64,000 bases of DNA from NCBI RefSeq assembly GCF_018977255.1, contig NW_024704742.1, positions 124,994,001 to 125,058,000 on the forward strand, written 5' to 3'. This DNA is from Callorhinchus milii. Its lineage: Eukaryota. The position numbers were made by a program, and so were the translations under genes. Position 1 is the stretch's first letter, and each line of letters starts with the position of its first letter. The notes under the pieces were generated by a model. The model saw only the letters and a list, made by a program, of their open reading frames with translations, made no database searches and had not been told where the DNA came from. Below, in pieces: positions 59,916-64,000 of the stretch.

Positions 59916-62099
59916 CATTTATACGAGCAATACATTTATCACTGTTCCTGAAAAATTCCTATCAAAGTGTCTGAAGTAGCTCTATTTATGTCATAGTTGA
60001 CTTGCCAAACAATTAATGTGAATAGCAGCTGGCCAATAGCAGCTGAAAGGGATGTAAATAATAAAGAAAAATAATTTTCTACGTGCCAACTTTTCTGTCC
60101 ACCTCTCGATACGTGTTTTATCATAAAATACGTGATGTCTTTGTTGGCAAGTGTCACATTCAAGCTTATCAAAAAGCTGAATGAAGGTGCACATCTATTT
60201 ACAGACAGAACACCAGCTGGTGGAAGCTTTAGTATCAAACCTACAGAAGTTTATTTGTTCAGAACAGCCTGTGCCTAACACTTCATTGATCGCTATAATC
60301 AGTTACTACGTTTTCCAGTGAAGGTAGATCCTATTAAATAATATAAAACACCTTTCTTTATATTCTTTAAATAGCGCCATAATTAGGAGATTTTTTTATG
60401 TGTCTGTTCTCGTGTTTAGCTGAAGAGAACAAGCTAGCTAAATTAGCACTTAGATCAGAGCACAATGGCCCATAATATGCCCCCCTTCATCCCAAATAAG
60501 GTTTTAGTTGTCATTTGTCGCTGTTTGACAAACCTGACTTTCCCCTTGAAAGTGACAGGTGGTTCACTTGTCCAATTGTAGCCTGAAAGAAAGCAGCTTC
60601 CTTGCTATTTGTAGGCTCACTCAATAGCCCAGTGATTTCTTATTGAGTTCTATCCCTCGTATTTCTTCCAAGGTTAGTTTGATTCAGTATCAGGCTGATC
60701 TCATACAGTTTCTTTCATGAGGACTGCAATACATCAGCTGAATTCTATTCAGCCTTTTTTTTATCATAAGGCAGGTGAAGTTTAGTATGTTTCAATAAAT
60801 CTCAACGTTCCACGTCAAGGATCAATAACCCTTCCTTCTCTTTTCGGTTATTAAATTGCATCTGTAACATTAGCCTCCTCTGTCTAATTGATTGCCTTCC
60901 ACAGAGATAAGAAAATCAATAGCGATCAATAGCACTGACCTGTTTTTACCTAATAGATGTTTTCACTTAATTGGCTGCCGAGATGGTTTCACAGAACTCA
61001 GTGTGTTTTCAGAAGTCAAACAGTATGTTGCAGCCCTTGTAAACTATTTTACTTGCGGGGGAAAAAAATATTGATCTTATAATGAAATCTCAAAAAGAAA
61101 ATCAATAGCAATCAGGGATATAGATTATGATTTCCAGGTATGTCACAGAAGAGGAGAATCTCACTTTGCTAGCAATCCTAGATGTTATCAAATTGAACAC
61201 GTCCTAAAGTGTGTCGACTGATGTTTATTTAAGTCAAAATATCTTGGTGTTTCTAAAGGAACAAATCCTACTGTGATAACTCTGCCTTAAAACTAATTGA
61301 AATAAGTTCACTGTTAAGATGCAAATCATTCCTTGGATTCCCTACAGCACATTAAAAATCACTGTAATAGGTTCAAGATGCGCCCAAAAATGTAGTGTCC
61401 TTTTACATGTATTGACAGAACATGAAACTATTTGTCTCGTCAATCTAACTGTTCCATGAAATACTCATCAAACTGGAAGTGAATTTTATTCTCTTGGTGG
61501 AGCAGGTTCACACTTCACAGTAAGAATAACATTAAACGTACATCAAAATTTGGGGGTGGGGGGTCAGCCAGGTGTCTAACCTATGCAAAAACCCATCATT
61601 GTGCTTGAGTATTCGAACCACACTGTGCCACTTACACATAGAAATTTCCCAATGTCTGGAACACACTATCTCCCTGGATGGACGCATCCTGCTTACCTAA
61701 TTCTGGAGAGTATTTGATGTAGATTGGCAAGAACCAAGTCTTGGAGACTCCAGAGTGTATGTTGGAGCAGTGCTGGAGTTCAAACAAGCTAAAAGTGCAT
61801 AACTTGCCATCGACAGCACTGGCTAGCAAGCTTTACCAAAGCCTATGCAGCTGGACAACCCTACCCATGGTTTTGGTTTGTGGGATTAACAGGATCCGAA
61901 TGGGAAGAATCCACATTCTCAGATGTACATAATGTTACAGTACAGACATTGGATCTAAATGTTACTTATGTGTATGACAAATATTAAGGTTCACAGAATT
62001 TTCACATTGTCTGGAAAGTTTAAATCTGATAATTTTCGTTATTCAAAAGCTATCTGAAGTTTGCTAGTATGCTTACGAATAAATGTATTTAGTTGTTGC

Positions 62100-62400
62100 T
62101 AACTGTTGTCATGTGTTTATTTGCCTAAATAATACACAGTCACTCCACATCACAGTAAATCCTGTCTTCACAGTAAATCCTGTCTTTACTGTCTTCATAG
62201 TAAATCATGTGAAGTGCTTTGAGACATCCTCCTGATATAAAAGACACTATAATAATTATGGGATTCTCATGCCTTTCACGCCAGAAGGACATCTGAAAGT
62301 GCTTCGCTGTATATACTGTAAAATGGAGTGACTATATTTTGTGGGCAAAGGGCTATATCAAATGCAAGGATTCTTCTTCTTACTATTATTAGTATTAATC
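62100..62400. mobile_element. Decayed SINE tails in both orientations with an 18-bp tandem repeat
   Basis: CACAGTAAATCCTGTCTT twice plus a degenerate third unit (62151-62210); GCTATATCAAATGCAAGGA tail. Confidence 0.65.
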
Positions 62401-64000
62401 TGCTTCAGTCAATGTAATTTAAGCTTGTGAAGCACAGTTTAAGGTGTGCTTTCTGAACCAATTTAAATGTTCATTACTATATACTATATACTATTACAAT
62501 ACCGGTAGCATTTCAAGACTGCTATTAACTATTGTGATATTCCTTAAATTACAGCATTGATTGCAATTCACAACTGGATTTCTACTAACCTAATTGAAAG
62601 ATCTTTAACACGTTTCTAATAGGCCTCCTCAAACCACTTTGCATCAAGTCCAATATTGCTCACTCTTTTTAAAGGTTCGAAAATAAGGGATAAAGCGCAG
62701 CTCTCTGTTATTCATGTTACTTTGCTTCCAAGTGTAATTATGTGATACATTGTGTGTGTATGAAGTTCTTGTACTCCTTGAACTGTGATGCGGTTCTAGT
62801 TTCAATGTTCACTGTATCACTTTGTGCAGTATATAAATAGTATGACCATTTATTTCCACAAGATGGTACGACATATACAGCTTTCTCAGCAAGAGCAGGA
62901 CTCACCCACAGACTGAAAAAACCTGTGGGTAAAAATAACACGGAATACTATAATGACTTTCAACATGTTTGGAAGACCTGCCAGACTTCATAAAAGAATG
63001 TGCTCTTGAGTCATGAAGTCTCTGGCAGGCTACAAGTCCCACTGGGCATCACAAGTACTCCGCGAGAAAACCATGGGAACCTTCCACGCCCGATGACAGA
63101 AAAGGATCTGGTGATTCTGAAAGGAAATGACCAAGGCTGACTCAGGAATTTGACACGGCTCAAAAGGTTCCTGACCATCCGAAAATAGCAACCAAAGTCC
63201 TGTATCTAACACCCAGTTGCCTGTGTTGGGGACATGAGCTTCCTTTATTTGTTTGGATACACCGCAGCACCTTGCACGGTTTGAATGTATCAAGTGTTTT
63301 AAATCTCTAATTGTCATGAGCTCTACCTGTTTTGTTTTGTGTTTGACAGAAAGTGTGGAGCAAGAAGGAAAAGGGAAGCTGGACATCAGGTTTAATCAGT
63401 ATAACAAACCCATAAGAAATCAAACTCAAGGGTGGAACATTTTGTTTGCTTTTTGTTGTCAAAACAGCAGAGGTTACAGGATTTGTTGGCACAATGGTTG
63501 TTTTTTCCTGATTGCAGTGAGTCGCTATCAATTATTTCGAAGGAACATAGTTCTTTTTTGGCCTTTCATGTTGGAAGTGATTAAAGTACACAATGCAGTG
63601 TGACAAAGATAGGGGCATGATCTTGGTTGCCAGCTGTTTTAAGGAGCTGAGTATGCGTTTATGCTTTTAACATAATTTGCACGTGGCTTAATATCTTTTT
63701 ATAAAGTGAACGCCTGTTACTCTGCCCTGGGCCATATTTTGGTCAAAGTGAACTATTCATTGACCACTACTTCACCGGCATTTATTGAAGGCAAGATGAC
63801 TTCTTGTTGCATTAGGAGAAGTGATCGAGGACTGAGGTCAACTAAACAAACTATAAAAGAATAAATATTTGGGGAAATTGAATGAAACTGTTAGTATGGG
63901 AGGGGGGAATATAGCTTACCATAAAATTTCACTGGTGATAGTTAATACATTATATGTTACATTTTCCCCCTATTTATGTTACTATAGTAATCATAGGTGT

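Noticed and set aside
62977..63029. SECIS element on the minus strand (AUGA...UGA)
   Set aside because: Only about 20 nt separate the motifs, too short for helix II plus an apical AA loop; plain Watson-Crick pairing explains the stem
1..64000. CRISPR arrays, operons, rRNA or prokaryotic defence systems
   Set aside because: Eukaryotic repeat-rich DNA with no regularly spaced repeat-spacer array or gene-dense region

Overview
This is AT-rich vertebrate genomic DNA. The repeat content (tRNA-derived DeuSINE-type SINEs, L2 and CR1 LINEs, a Penelope-type terminal-repeat remnant) points to a cartilaginous fish, plausibly a chimaera/elephant shark; that assignment is inference. I could not identify any host protein-coding exon with confidence, so the window looks like a large intron or gene desert with several repeat-free blocks that may be cis-regulatory. 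The best-supported structure is a three-level nest at 53455-58890. An old L2 fragment is split by an end-to-end but decayed CR1 (53532-58661, 5-bp TSD TACTT), whose ORF1 esterase is in turn split by a young 5'-truncated L2 (54467-56170) with about 450 stop-free RT codons. Other items of note: a young tRNA-Ala-headed SINE in long and short subfamilies that shares a 3' stem-loop with L2 through a compensatory base-pair change; a head-to-head SINE pair; a four-part nest at 35680-37070; a minimal hammerhead-ribozyme motif at 43320-43354; two local 135-155 bp duplications each abutting the 5' end of a truncated LINE; and three weak candidate small exons. I cannot support a previously undescribed biological system from the sequence alone. 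Boundaries of decayed repeats are approximate.
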